64,000 nt of DNA from Neoechinorhynchus agilis (Eukaryota; Animalia; Acanthocephala), in contig CM121342.1 of the NCBI GenBank assembly GCA_051530055.1, forward strand, positions 7,050,864 to 7,114,863. The letters run 5' to 3'. Positions within the stretch are counted from its first letter, which is position 1, and every line of letters starts with the position of its first letter. Of this stretch, positions 34,015-49,000 are shown piece by piece. Below the pieces are notes generated by a model. The model saw nothing but the letters and a program-made list of their open reading frames with translations. It ran no database searches and had not been told where the DNA came from. A program made the position numbers and the translations under genes.

Positions 34015-37000
34015 TCATGTCTCCGTTGTGCTTTCATATTGTTTTCTAAAACAGTCTCCAACAGGAAAGAAGTCCCATCGTCTATTTTGATATTGATCCC
34101 AAACGTAACTTTCCTGCTCAATACAAACGGCATTCGGTCTTCCAAACAAATATCAAACCAACCTGTCCTGTGTGTTCCGTGTCAGGTTTATTGATTATGT
34201 GCATCAAGAAAAACATATACGCAGCAAAGTCGTGTTCTTTACTCGTGTGGATCTCAAAACCATGAGGTTCTTTGTTAAAGTAGTCCTGTCCAATGCCGCA
34301 AATGAAACATTTTGACTATTATTTAAGATTTAGTGTTAGACGAATGCTTCAAAAAACGGACCTCTAATGTTTCCTTCACTGAATCGAGTTGTTCTCTTAA
34401 TTCCCCAAACGCATCGATTATGAGACCTATAATTAAAAGGTGCGAAATTTAATTCTATTAGATTGCTGCACTGTTTTCAAACAAACTCAAAATTTTTGGG
34501 AATGAAACTAAGTGAATATCTCGGGACTCAGAGTTCCGAGTTTTTCTCTATAGATGCAGAATTCTGCATATGTGAAAAAATGTGAGAATTTAATCGCCAT
34601 CATTCATCGTACAACTAAAATTAACGTATTAATACAAACCTTGTAGAATAGCTAGTAGGATAACGACGACAAAGAAAAAGAATGTAAGATCGAAAATTAT
34701 TCGATACAATTCAAGTGGATCACCCGATGGTGATTCAAGTTCGTCACCGATTCCACCTCCGGCCCTAAGTCCATGATACACGTGAAACACAAAGCACTAA
34801 AAGTTTAGGTTTACGTTTGATTTTCACACTACTGAAAGTATACCGAAAACATATCCGTGCAGATTTCCTGAACTTTTCCATCGTCTTCTGTTTTATAGAA
34901 TTTCCGGAAAAAGTTAAAAGCGATTACAGAATAAACATAGACCACGACGGTCATTAACGTAATGGTCAGTAACAACTAAAACGAAATACATTTGATTTTG
35001 TTCTTAAAAGAAAATCCATCACTTACTTGGCGTCCATTCTGTGTAATTGAAACCATAATCGTGCTGAGCGCTTTGATACTGACTGCGATATCCAGCAAAT
35101 GGCACGCAAAGAAAAAGTAGTTGTGGTTTCCGAGTGTGGAGAAAAGGAAGTACCATAAGAGGTAGAGAAAAGACTATTATGTGTATTTTGTGATTATTTT
35201 CAAGAAAAAAAACTTACCCCATCTGTCAAAATTACACCCCATTTCCAAAAGTGATAACTTCCGTCAAACCTTTTTTCGAAGAGTTTATTCGCGAAAAACA
35301 CAAGCAATCTTCTTACCCTTTCAACCACGATTGAGGCGTTGTCTGTGTCGTTATTGATGATTCACTATCTTTAAGACCGAGCATTTTACTTAAATCATCA
35401 TAATCCAACTGATCTGAATATTTGTTTCTAACTTTCTTTTTGACAAACTTGTTCCAAAAGCATGTTGGAAACGATGGTGATCTGAGGACAATTTTGTCCC
35501 ATTTGCCTTTAAGATCATCTTCACTCGGTTGTTCTATAATCCACATTCCATCAAACTCCAACTTTCTTGAAATTTCCTTCTCTCTTCTGAATATCACCAA
35601 AGGAACCTACGCAAATAGACGCATTGGGAATTAGATTGAAACATTCGAAGGTTTACCTTTAGAACGTAGTAAGCAACCAGCATTGAAAATGAAACGCATG
35701 AATGAACAAATGCTACAATCCTAAGAGCGTATTCCATGTATGATTTCTCTGGATCAATTGCAATGTAGTCAGAAGAGCCATCTTTGTTTTGTAAAACCTG
35801 AATTTGAGCTTTATGACATTCTATACCTTGAGAAATTTTATTTACCTTGTACGATAAAACCATAAAATTTATTAGGAACGCTAAGATAAGTGCCAAATAT
35901 TTTAAGGTGTAGAAGTTTAGAGCGAGGAATGACTATGCATTTGTAAAAAAATTACTAATTTTTTAAGTTTGCCTTTGAAATACTTACTAGGAAGCGTCGA
36001 GACATGGTGGCGCCGCGAAACGAAGTTAAGCCAGGATTTTCTCGAGCGATAGAATTTATACCGTTATCGTCAGCCTTCTTTAGGCCGTCGATTGAAGTTC
36101 TGAACATTTAAGAATTTGGTTATATAGATATTATTGGTCAGATTTCAGCCAATTAGAAAACACGTTAAAGGATAATTAATGTCATATAGCATTAATCTTG
36201 TTAAAAAAATCCCGAAAACGTTGACAGTTTGTATATTTTTGAATTATAAAAAACAAAGAATGAAATGGTAATTTTTAAATTAAAGTCTTTTCGCAACTCA
36301 ATAGTAATTTTTTGAAAAATTCTAGTTTTAAAAGTTTTATTTGCGAACTTACGTATTCCCGGCGTCTTCAAGAGAACTATTGGTCTAAAACAACAAGCGT
36401 TGAGGTTAAAAAATGGACATGATATAATCTCACAGATTTGATGGCTAAAACTCCCCGGCTTTCTTCGTGGAATGGATTATCTAATTCGTCTAAATCATCC
36501 TCGAATGTAGGGCTAACGGCCATCTTTTGGTAAGCCATTCGTCCACCGGCAGCCGCAAAGTCATTTTCGATATTTCGAGCGAGATCATAGAAGCAATAGA
36601 ATAGAATTCTAAGTAATGGATAGAAATTCGCACAGCATCTCATGAAACTTACTTTCCTAAATTGAGCGTGCAGCTTCCGATGAACATAATTAAGAAAATA
36701 AGCTTCATAAGAATCAAACGGACCAACTGAGCCTTGCTGTATTTTCGAAGACTTTTTATGTTTTCAGTGATTTGTCTAATAGTGAAAAGACTAAGCGTGC
36801 GTTTAATTGCACTGTAAATTCCAGAAGATGCAGAAGATGCTGTGCTCCGAGCTCTCATGGCAGCAAGTTGGGATGACTCATCTTCACCACTGATTTGACT
36901 GGCGTGTTGCATCTTAAATGGATTTACTATTAAAACAAGGTAAAATCTCAATAAAGATCGAACCTCGAATATTGTATCCTCGCAGAAATTTACAAAAGAT

Positions 37001-40000
37001 TCCAGTTTTTCTTTATCGTCGGTTTCATTGACAATTGAATTTAAGAACTGTTTCTTAGAATCTTTAATTTGAGGTTTTGTCCATTGCTCCATATTGCTTT
37101 CCTTGATTTCGAAATAGACTCGTTCAATCCTTCCAGCGCTTCCGGTAATCTCGATCCGGCCTAACGAGCTTTCAAAATATCCAATAAAACTTCTTGCTTT
37201 GTCCATTAGTCGTTGCAGTCTATATTCCAATAAAAAAAATTGGTTATTGATCAAGAAATGATTTCGTATTTACCTAAGATCATGGGGCATGTGCTCCGAT
37301 AAATTAGTAAGAAGCACCGCCATGTTGAACCCAATATCTTTTGCTGGATTATGAAATCGCTCAGTGAATTCGATAAAATCGATTTTGCCGTCTTGATTTG
37401 CATCGACGCACATTAAGATATAATCAATCTCCTCTCTGTTAAAAAAACGTGAACAATCATGTAAAAATATTAAAAGAAACTTACTCAGTGTAGATTTTCT
37501 GAGCATCCATTGCGAGTCTAAATTCCTTCGGTGAAATAAATCCATCTTTGTTTGTATCAAATTCCTGCTTAAACTTTATTTAAAAGACAAGAGCACCAAT
37601 AATACAAACAAACCAAAAAGGTATCCGAAGTAGTGAGGCCCTTCATTTTCAAAAAGATATCAAAGAATTGAAGAATCATTTCAACATTTGTTTGAGATTC
37701 AATCAAAGTGTCTACCATTTGCTTTCCTATTGGACCGTTCAGAACATTTCCTTCTAGCATGGACAACAACATGATAATCATGTCCTTTTGCAATTTAAGA
37801 AGTTCTCTCATTAGCTCAATTTGTTTAGGATCCTAAAGAAAAATGTTTAAAGATCTGAACCCTTTTAAGTATAAATTAAGAAACCTTTGATAGCTTGTTT
37901 TGGAGATTGGCGAATAAGAAAATAAAACCACTGATCGCATCCCAAAGACGACTATTGGCAATTGCCAATTGATTCGGTAAACATGGTCCTTGAATGTATT
38001 CAGTCAATGTGTTTAAAACCTGTCGAGCCACAACGATGGCTTTACAGAAACTCTCTTTGCCGCTGTCATCCATACTGTCTTTTCCAGAAAAGTGCCAGTA
38101 AAAATCCATCATCGATTCTTGTAAAGATAACAAGTAGTCAACAGTACATATTACAATGTTAATGCTTGAATTATTTCCAGCTTGAGCTCTCAAAAAGTTT
38201 TGAAAATCTAATTCGGTGGGTTTTTGCGCAAATCGCATAAACGCTCCGTTTTAGTACAAACCTTGATAGTGACCCTCGCACAGAAGTTGAAGGAAACGAA
38301 ATAACGAACATATGAATTCGGAATCGCTCAAGTTCCCTTCAGTGAGACTGCCTTCAACGTATACACCAAGGGATTCAGCCTTCATGCATCTTTCGAAAAT
38401 ATTAAGATCCAAAACACTGCAGTTGACAATTAAGTTGGCCAATGAGCTAAAGAAATCGCTATCTTTCATCTCCTTGAGGTAGCTCAGCATCGCCTAACAT
38501 CAGTGGAATTCAATTGTGATATCATGGCCTCGCATACCTTTTGAACGTATTTGTTTCCGCCGTGCAATAACGAAATGCCGAGATTTATTGTTTCGCGAAG
38601 TGTCTCATTATTCTGACCTAAATGTAAATGGAGAGTGTTAGTGTAGATAGATGAAGAAAAAGCGTTAATTCCAAAACGTAAGGGTCTTCTATTTTTATTC
38701 GAATGTAGCCGTTGGGATATCCCATAAAAATATGTCAATAAAACCAATCTAGAGTCATTATCAGTCGAACAAGAAGTGCTTGAAAATGACTTAAATTTTA
38801 CTCTAGCCGCCTAAAGAGATATATTTCAATTTGAAATGAATAAAATCACCTTTTGATGCACTGATATAAAGTAGAACCGTTTCTGCAGCTCCTCTGGATG
38901 CTAGTCGATTTTGTTGAGACAGTAAGGTTTGCTTCTCAAGTTCTTGTTCCTATATTTAAAACTAGGAAAAAACTAAATGCATCTAACGCTAACCTCGATT
39001 GATTTAACCTCAGCTTCACCAGAGTCGTCATCATCATCGTCTTCTTCAATTATTATACTCTATTAAATTTAAGGACATAAATTTTCTAGAACAGTGAGTA
39101 CTCACCTCACTCATGATTTGAGCGTAGTTCATGTAAAGCTCATCCGATTTCATAAACTGATCACCGCTCTCGACAGTCGCAGCTCGATTTATGCAACCGA
39201 TATACTGTGAGATTGAATCGAATCTATCAATCTCTTCTTGAGTACTGATCAAATCGACTTCACTGTTGCCGTAACTTTCTTCACAAGTGATATTCTACAC
39301 CAAGAAAAAATCATGATTTTCAATGAAAATGATGAATTCATTGGTACATACGCATAGTTCATCAATAAGTGAGATATCTTTTGAATCGTCTTTAAGAAGC
39401 CAATTGTTTCTATATGATTCCAAGAACAAATTTATAGCTTTATGTTTTGGTATTGAATGAAGTGGTGCCATGCGGAAGCAAGCCATCACTGCTTTTTTCC
39501 GTTGACTACTAATAAGACGTCTCCAAACTCCTTTTTGGGCCGATGGAGGATGATCAACAAGATGAAGACTGTAAATAACATTTGTTATACTCATGATCCG
39601 TTCAATAGTCTCATCAATATTATAACTCCTTAATACTCGCCCTTTATCCTTTTCACTCATCTTTCGATATAAAGCACTTTGCCATGTAATTCCTCTCTTT
39701 ATATCATCACCTCTTAAGCGTGATTCTATTGTACACTTCAAATATTCAACTACCAACTCCCGGTGATCATTCTTAAGACTCAAAATCATTGTGTCTTCTC
39801 CAGACATTTCATTTACTGCTTCACTTATTTTCAACTCTACCATTTTATCCTTGGCAAGTTGAATTAACTCCTGATCCGTACCTCCGTACATATTTAAACC
39901 AATAGGCATCAATCGTTTCACAGACGACACAACCAAACTACAAAATATATCTCGGTCAGATTTACGCCTTCCTTTTCTTTGTTTATGTCCATATTTAGGA

Positions 40001-43000
40001 CCCTGAGTATTTGTACTGCAACTTGTCAAACGTGGAGGCAACATTGTTTTGGTATCGATTTCGTTTTGAACAATATAATTCATCTCTTCACGCTTAAAGT
40101 ATTTCGAACTTGCCCAAGCGTTAAATATTTCAGCAATGAGGTTATAAAGAGTTTGAGCGTTACTGTCATCACTTTTTAGCCAAACGGACCGATGGAGATC
40201 AATGTACTTGTTAAGAATTGGGAGGTACGCATAGATGGTTCGGATTATAGCCTCGAACTCAGTCACTATTTCGGCTTCCAGATTCTCACGTTCAGTCGGA
40301 TCACTTACACGGACCAACTTATTTCCAATTTCACTCTCAACCGCCGATCGAGATCCGTTTAAGATTAACTCAGCGACTGGTACGAAATGATTCGGAAGCA
40401 AATTCGCGTTCGTCATCGATATTATGGCTAAAGTGTCCAAGGCTATTCTTTTCATCCACGGTTCATCGCGAGAATCAATATTGAGACCAATGAGTTCCAA
40501 AATGAAACCGAGTAAGTCATCAGCATGGGATCCTTGAACTGCAGATACTTTGGTACGTTGATTCTGTGAATTCCTTCGATACCAAGACCGTAAATAACAG
40601 CAAAGCGTTGGAATCACCACTTCTATTATATGAGGACCGGACTCATAGTGACCGCCTTGTTTTACGAAATTCTGTATGTCCGCCAATAAAGTTGGAAGGG
40701 TTGGGAGAAGCTCAATTGCACGATTCATTGCGTCTTGGGCTTCTGGAGAAAGTAATGCCAATTTTGCTGAGTTTTCGTTCAGTTCGAAAAATTCCGGTTC
40801 AAAAAATGCAATTGGGAAACAACTTGCAAAACGGCCAAGACATTCACCAAGTAGAGGCCGATGCCGATCCATCTCATCTCGCAGCCATTGACGTTTTACA
40901 AAGGCAGCAGAAGCCGTTCCCATCATCCACGCAGAATTTAAGATTTTGAACCCGGCAATAGCGATTTCGTTGACGAATAACTCCGAGCCGAAATTATGTT
41001 CACCGAGATGATTCAACATGGATGTAAGAACCGGTATTGAAGCCATGTTTAAGTATAATAGACTACAACTACCTCTTAGAGAAGTCCCGTTAAGTGAACT
41101 ATAGTTTTCACTTTTCAAATTATTCACAGTTCTTATAAGATCTTCTGCACAAGCGTTGAAAAAAGGCAACAATGAAGCTCGGACTATTTCATATGAGTTT
41201 TTCATCACCGAAAATGCATCGATTGATTGAACAAGCACTTGAAGACATCTAACACAAGTGTTCACATCGATGCCAAAAGCCGAAAATTTCTGTCTGAGGA
41301 GCAACGCAAGTTTGCAGAATAAACTGCACACCATTTCCTTTTCTTTAACTCCTGCTATTCCACTGCTGCCTGAGGACGACACACGGCCAAGAAAATAGGC
41401 CCGATGAGCTTGAAAATATTTTTCAAGCAATGGTAAAATAACCTGCACAGTTGAAAAGATTAAGTAACCAAAAACTCAAAGAACTTTACCTTAGTGAAGA
41501 ATCTAACATCCTGAAGATCGTACGTATAAGTATCGAAATTCGAATAAATCTCACTTTCACGACTCATTTGCATATTGTTGGCAGCTTTATCGACATAGAC
41601 GAGCAATTTGGACAAAAATGAATATGCGAATCGACTGGATATTTTCTGGTCGTCATCCACTGGTGATGCGACCTTTGATGATCTTATCAATTTACTTTCA
41701 AATGTACATTTATAGAATTTTGACCAGAAAAATGCAAGCGAATACCTGTTAGTGGCGGATTTTTGTTGCTGTTCTCTTGCTGCTTCAGATCTATAATCGA
41801 TTTAAGATATTTAAAAATTAGCTCACAATCACTTACGCTGTAACCCTAACATTTTTAGTAGCCAACGTGTGCAGTAAATTCAAGTAAAATCTCTCTTCCT
41901 TTGAACGCTCCTTGGTTGTAAGCAAGTCATACGGAACGAAATTATAGTGGAGTATCGGTCGTTTTGTGTTAAAAGTAGCCATCATTTCAGTTTTAAATTT
42001 CAAAGCCCACATTTCATGGGCATTTTTTGCCAAGAGTTGCGCCAAAGACAACATATCACGAGTTACACTCATCGATCCGAAATCTATTGATTTCGGAGAA
42101 TAATCGGTAGCTTTACCATCGACAAAATACATCCTTATTCGCTTTTTTGTCAAAGATTTGAACGGAACTTTTGACGAATAATTTTCTACTCTTTCAAAAT
42201 TGTAGTCCAGCGAGACAATGGCTTGTAGAGCGTTTCGAATAAGAGATTCACATTTCTCACGTTCAGAAGTTAAAAGGTGATTATAGAACTTGAGGTTAGG
42301 ATGCAATTTGCGTTTTCCATTCAAAGTTTCACCATAACTCCATCCCTCTTCCATCTAAATAAATCATTTTATCTTTGTGTTTGTGTGAGAAACGTTAATA
42401 ATGACAGTTAAATGAAAATATAAATTAGTGCGTGGAAAAGTGCAAACTTGGGGAAATGAGCGAATTTCTTTATACTTTAGAATAAATCGTTTAAAATTTG
42501 AGGAGTCTGTTAACGGAAAATTACGTTTTGAAGTAGAGATTAATAAGTAAAATTTTTTGAATTCACCGGTCGATTTTCCTAAAAGATTTTTGACCATTCC
42601 GAAATATTCATAGATTGTCGCTCCGTTTTTTTTACAAAAACTCTGCTCATTACACTCTTTAATGAATTGATTATTTTAATATTGTATAAGTGCCGGCGTA
42701 CAGTAAGCGGGTACTAAGAAAAGCTCTGCAAATTATAAAAATTAGAATCAACAAATAATTGGGGAATTAAAACATTTAAAAAATGCCAGAGCAATTAAGA
42801 TTAATTACCATCTTGAACGACCATGCATCATGAATTAGCTCCCCGAATTCTGAAATATAACTGGACATTTCAGAACTAAGTTCCCTAAAACGGAGAGATT
42901 TGAGTCTGTAATTGAAGAAAAGTGCGGCGACTTACTTAAGAGCAACAGGATGAGGATTAAAGATTTTATTTTCATGGAAACTTATATCCTCTTCATCCCC

Positions 43001-46000
43001 GTTCTCATAATCAGAAACCATGAAATCCGGAGGTAGGGAGCAAGCAATGGCAATCATGCATGGAAGAGCACGGCTGAACAAATCTGGATCGTATCCTCTG
43101 TTGGAAAGAGTATCAAAAATGCACTGAAACAACAAAATCGTGAATTTCTGTTCTTTGTATCCAGCTTGTTTGCTTCCATAGTATTTCCGAAGACGCTCAT
43201 ACCAGTTTGTAAGAACTTTTAAGGTCACAGGTACGCTGTCGGACAAAGTAGGGATATCCTCAATCATTTGTTTGTATAGATTTATCATAAAACTGGGTTT
43301 TAGATGTCTAAAATCGGGCGTAGGTAAAGTTATATTCATTAGAAGAAAAATACTTGCCTAGTCAATGAAATAAGGAATTCTGTAACAATGTCACGTTGAA
43401 CCCTGGTAAGGGATGAACACTTGGAGTATCGATAAGCTGATTGAAGCATGAGTTCGATCACATGGGCGTATTTGTCGGAATTCGCAAAATATTCGGAATT
43501 TTGACTCATGAGAGGCATTACTTTATTGCACAAATATCGATTTAATGCCAGTGCAGTATCGGTGCTTCCAAGTTTGGCATTATCGAGAAGATTTGCACAT
43601 CTGATGTCGGGTAGAAAAGCATTTTCAAATAGATCGAAAAAGGTGGCTTGATTGGAGATTCCGTATATTCTCTCAAGGAAGAATAAGACGTCTAGTTTGT
43701 GATTAGGTTGTAGACCAGAAGGAAGTTCATTAGATTCTATACACAAACACGCATTTGAATGATTTTTAAAAAAACTCCATATCACTAACCTGAATCGATG
43801 GATCCGATGCAGAATCGTGCACTTAAAACGCCTTGAAGATCATCCAAACTTACAAGACTCCGTAGAATAGATCTTGCTTTAAGAGCACTTGGTTTACACA
43901 TCCTAATGGCTTCATCCGATGGAGCGCATGTACCCATGAGCTTTACAAGGGTAGTGTAAAACGTAAGTTCTGCAGCTCCAAGATCAATATACTCAGCATC
44001 GTTGCTTCTATGTTTGATTTCCATTTGTTTGTGTTCATCCGCGAGTCCTTTAACCTCATCTTCATCGGTCATTGTCTCATAATCGTGTTTAAGCGCATAA
44101 TCATGCGGATTTTGCTTGAGTGCAATATAAAGCGAAAGGCATATTCCTTCCTTGACAGCCTTCAAAAGTCCACCTCCTTCTTCGCGTAATGCAGGACCAA
44201 GACAGTCAGGTCTACGGATTAATAGTCGAATAATCAAATCAGCGTTCTCTTCAACAGTGTCGCCATTCACCCAAACACAAAATTTGAGAAAATCTAGGAA
44301 TCGTTCACCTTCAACTGGATCCCATCCTATATCGTGGTATCCTTGAGCGAAAAGTTCTTCATTTCTAGTAGTCCCACATCGACTAAGATAACTTGCTATC
44401 TTTTCCAAATGACTTTCCCGTAAAGCAAGAGCAAGTTCGTTGTTGTCCATCAATGAAGCACAAGCCACATCCAAGGGACATGACCCACGGAGTGATGGAC
44501 GGGCTAGCAACATTGAACTATTATCAAGCAGAAAGCTGAGATGTTCAAACATTGCGCGCTGATTCATTGCTCCAGTTCTACAGAAATAACTCAATAACTT
44601 GCAACAGGTTGTAGTAACTTCCACTTTCTCGTCTTGGGGCAGTACCTCCATTTCATCACCTTCGTCCATTAGACTATTTCCTTGAGCACAATGCTCCCTC
44701 TCTTGCTTTTGTCTATTCAATTGATTTACCATTATATCCATTACAGTCTCATGAATCGATAATTTCCGAATCAAATCAGGATGTTGAAAGAAAATCTTGT
44801 TGTCTATTATTTGGCTAAAGTTTTGTCAGGAGGAACAAAGATAAAAATGGGATATAGAAACAAAACGCACTTTAAATAAATTATAAGAAGGGATTCCTCA
44901 TCTGGAGACATTTGCACTTTAGCAAGAGATCGTACAATGCTCACTCCTCGCAACAGTTTCTTAATGTCCTCAATATTACAAACTCGTATAACATAAGTAT
45001 TGGCCAATGCACTGTTTATCTAGAAAATATTCCCATAAAATTCATGCAATATTTTGTATTTGTACCTCTTTTATGCCTTGAGCATATTTAAATAGAATCG
45101 AGTATATTATTCTTATAAGATTTTCATCATGGAGTTGAAACTGACGGGTCCATTCGATCAATACATCCGCCACACGTCCAACAAACGAAGTCTTTTTCGC
45201 TTTGACTTGCCTTTCATTGCCGTCCATTCGGTATCTAGTCTTTAAAATCCAGATAAAAAAGTTCTCCAATATTTGAGTTGACGGCTCACTAGGTCCATCA
45301 TCATAATCTTCGTTTGATTGTATCGGAGGCTCAGACTTTTAAGAGCAATAAAAATGCTGAATTGTTTTACAAAAGCAACCAACTTACCGAAGCTCCTAAT
45401 TGTACCAATAAATTTTCATGAAATCTCTTTAGAAACAAATATATATTTGATTGTGTCGGTGAAACGAAACCATTGGTATCATTGACGTTTTTCACTAAAA
45501 ATTGCATTTGCTCCTTTGCTGGACTGCGAAACTCTCTAGTCCTTTTCGCCATCATCGCTGGAGGAAGATTGGATTCCTTTAATCGTGTGTACCGACGTTT
45601 TTGATCTTTTTGAATATTCGATACAAAATCTTCCGAAAATTCAATTATCTGCTCCACAATTGAACGAGTCTCAATGTTGTGGATACAGCAAATAAGATTA
45701 CAAAGCTCAAGTTGAATGCTTTCCCCTAGCTTCTCGTGAATAAGACCTTCGTAAGCGTCTTGAATTGAGTTTCCATGAGAATAACCAACGATAAACTCGA
45801 CAATTTGTTGGAGTTCGCTATTTTTGAATAGGCCCATTATAATTAGTCGCTGGATAAGTTTAAGAACAGGAACAATAAAGTTTTGAAAATTTCCTCCTGG
45901 TGGATCACGAAGGGTAGGTAGACCTTTCTTACAAATCGTTTCCATCATAGTCATTGCGTGAGAAATCAGATTTTGGTAATCAATTGTTGGAGGCTTTAAA

Positions 46001-49000
46001 AGCTTTTGATGAACATCTTCTAATTGATTGATTTCCCTATCGATTGCAATAAGATCCAATTGAACTGAGTTTAAGGATTCAAAATTAGGACATTGTGTAT
46101 TGGCTCTCCGACTCGAGCGAGTCCAAGATTCTACACGAGTTTTAAAACCTGTTGTGATTGGAACGATATATTCGCGAGACGTTGTCAACCTTAGAAAAAA
46201 ACAAGTTAATTGTTGAGAGTGATTGATCACTTACTTTGCATAATAATCTCGTTGAAGGAACATATTAAACAATACTTGATAGAAGACTTGTCGTAGATCA
46301 CCGGGCATATCTTTTCGTTTATTATTTAGAATCGTAACGGATTTCTGGGAAAATACTCACATTCGTTCTGAATGCAGTACATCAGTTGCCTTTCATCGAT
46401 CAAATCGCAAAGCATATAAGCCGTGTGGCAGTTCGATTGAGCACAGATAGTAGCGTACAACTGAAATTGTTTATGGCAAAACCTGCAATTGTTTATGTTC
46501 TCCGTGACAGATAATATGTCGTTATTTACATTGCTTTCGGAAATGAACATTGCTTCAGTTTGAACTGTAAATAATATACGTTAACGGATTTTAGGGGTTA
46601 TTTATTTGCGTTTTAAATTTTAAAATTAAGGTTTTACACGGCATAGTGGTATGCTATCATTTTAGTAGGTCTTCGACACCCGAAAAACAAAAATCCTCCG
46701 GGAATAAAATATATTTTAATTGAATATTTCGCAAACAAGGCTTTAAATTCTCTACACTAAAATACAATCACTCAATTGCTTTGTATTGTTAATTTGTAAA
46801 ATATTTACGTTGTTCTGCTTCATGAACCGACAAATATTTAAAATCTTTACAGTTCAAGTGTTTTTTTATTTTTGAATTCCGTTTTCGGTTTTATTTTTAC
46901 GCTCACTACTTCAGAAAAAAAGCGACGAATTTCGAAATCTGTACTAAACATTTGAATACCCCGAGTCCTCACTTTTACCTTGTAAACTTTTCCTTAAAAA
47001 TTATTGGTTTCATTTTGTTAAATAATGCAAAAACCGCCACTAATCTTAAATAAATTTCTGTACAAAAACTTTGAAAACTCGGATTATTGTTAAATTGACA
47101 CAATCTCCCATTTACGTTATAGATTTTTTCTTAAAATTCGATCCATCAAAATATAAATTCAACTTGATCCCTCTTGGCTATCGAGGACAAATCCAAATAA
47201 TAACATATCTAACTACTCGAATGAAATCCTCAATAAGATCATGAGTTTATCTATTGTCATATTCAGAAAAGAAATTACGCTCAAAATTAAAACAGCAACT
47301 AAATTTTATTGGGAAAAAGTGGATAAATGTTAACGTACTTTATGTATTGTTCATAAAATAACTTGTATGTGGAATCACGTATCTCGAAAATTAAAAAAGG
47401 CTTACGGAAAAAGTTTATCCATATAAGAAACTCGATTAAAATAAACTTGTAAGTTTCAAACTGTTCAAAGGTAAAGCTTACCTGGTTCATCAGATAGCAT
47501 ACTCCATCCTCTCGAATCACTGAGCTTTAGCTGTTTCGGCAAAAGTATAGAATTAGGAACGCGCTCCCATCGATTTTTTTGCAGAATCTGAACATGAAGC
47601 CGAGGCGGTAAGCGTGGCTCGGCCTCCCGTCTCAAACTAGTAAAGCATCCAGCCGAATATGGTAAATAATGCTTAATAAAATGCCATTAATAAGAGTTCT
47701 TTTTAACAAAAACGCCTTACTTTAATCCTTCCGAACTCAAATTGAAATAAATCCCTAGTAGTTGGTTTTATAAGAACGGATGGGTATAAAACCATACCGG
47801 GCTCAACCTAAAAATCCATGTAGATACCGGATAGTTTCACTAATGGGAGAAAAACCTGAAATTTTAAGTCAGATTCGACGTCGTCCACGTAAAAATACAA
47901 GAGTCCGCAGCTAACATCAAGGCCACAATGAACTACGATTCCATTTCCAACTCCACTTGTTCCAGGTCTCATTTCAGTCAAATGGTTAAGTAGATTCGCA
48001 ACACTTATCAAATACGAATGCCTTCTTCGCACACTTTTGCCTCCATTCAATATATCTGTGACTAGTGTACACTGGCCTTCGATGCTATCATACTTTTCAA
48101 AATTCTTTTGATTAAACACCGAGCTGGTCCAACCAACTGCGATCTTGCTCGGTTCTTGCCCAGGATTTACTCGGACCGAAAATGTGTAGTCGAATATAAA
48201 ACCAGATAGTGCACGAGCTGCATCAAGAGCTAAAACGCTATCATCAACGGATTTGCTGTCATCAAGTTCATCCACTGGACTAATTCTTTGTTTAACCAAG
48301 GATCGATTTTGAATTTGGAATGCAGCCTTGGATTGTAATCGAACACTTTTAACAGGATTAGTCTTAGTCAAACGATTAAAGATTTTCCGTTTCTTGTCTG
48401 ATCGTTTATCACTCTTTTGGCCATCGGGCTCGAATTCGACAACTGATAGTTCAGTCACCGGTGTCGCTATATCTGATTGCAAAGCGTTTGAAGGTGTGAA
48501 TTTGTCTGTTGTCATTTGAGCAAAGACTTTCTTTTCTTGCAATTGATTCAGATAATCTGAATAAGCAGAATTACGTTCATCGGCTACCGAAGATCTATGC
48601 CTAAATTCTGCATTGCATTTTAGAGGCAGATTCAAGCGAAACATCATTCCATCTTCGTTGTATCCAATAGAATTCTTGGAATTCACTTTCAAAATTGGCG
48701 GATTGTCGCGACTCGCACCGATTCTATGAACTTCAATATTTGCTGCATCGCTGATTGGAGTAAATCTGCTTATATTGCATGAATACCAGAACGTTACATT
48801 TCGGGACATATTGACACAAAATGGTTCATAACCTTCTTGTAGACCGCAACTCGTAAAATATTTGAGATTATGAACGTTATGACCGAAATTGAACCGAATT
48901 CGTTGGTTTGGTCGCATAGCAATGAAAGGCAAAAATCCTGACTCGGAATAAACGCCATCAAAGGCGACATCAGTACCCACGGGATCGAACAAAAGTTCGC

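Noticed and set aside
47483-47680. Apparent frameshift in a RyR exon at the poly-T run
   Set aside because: A recount gives seven bases, so the frame is intact ([11 protein letters not shown]).
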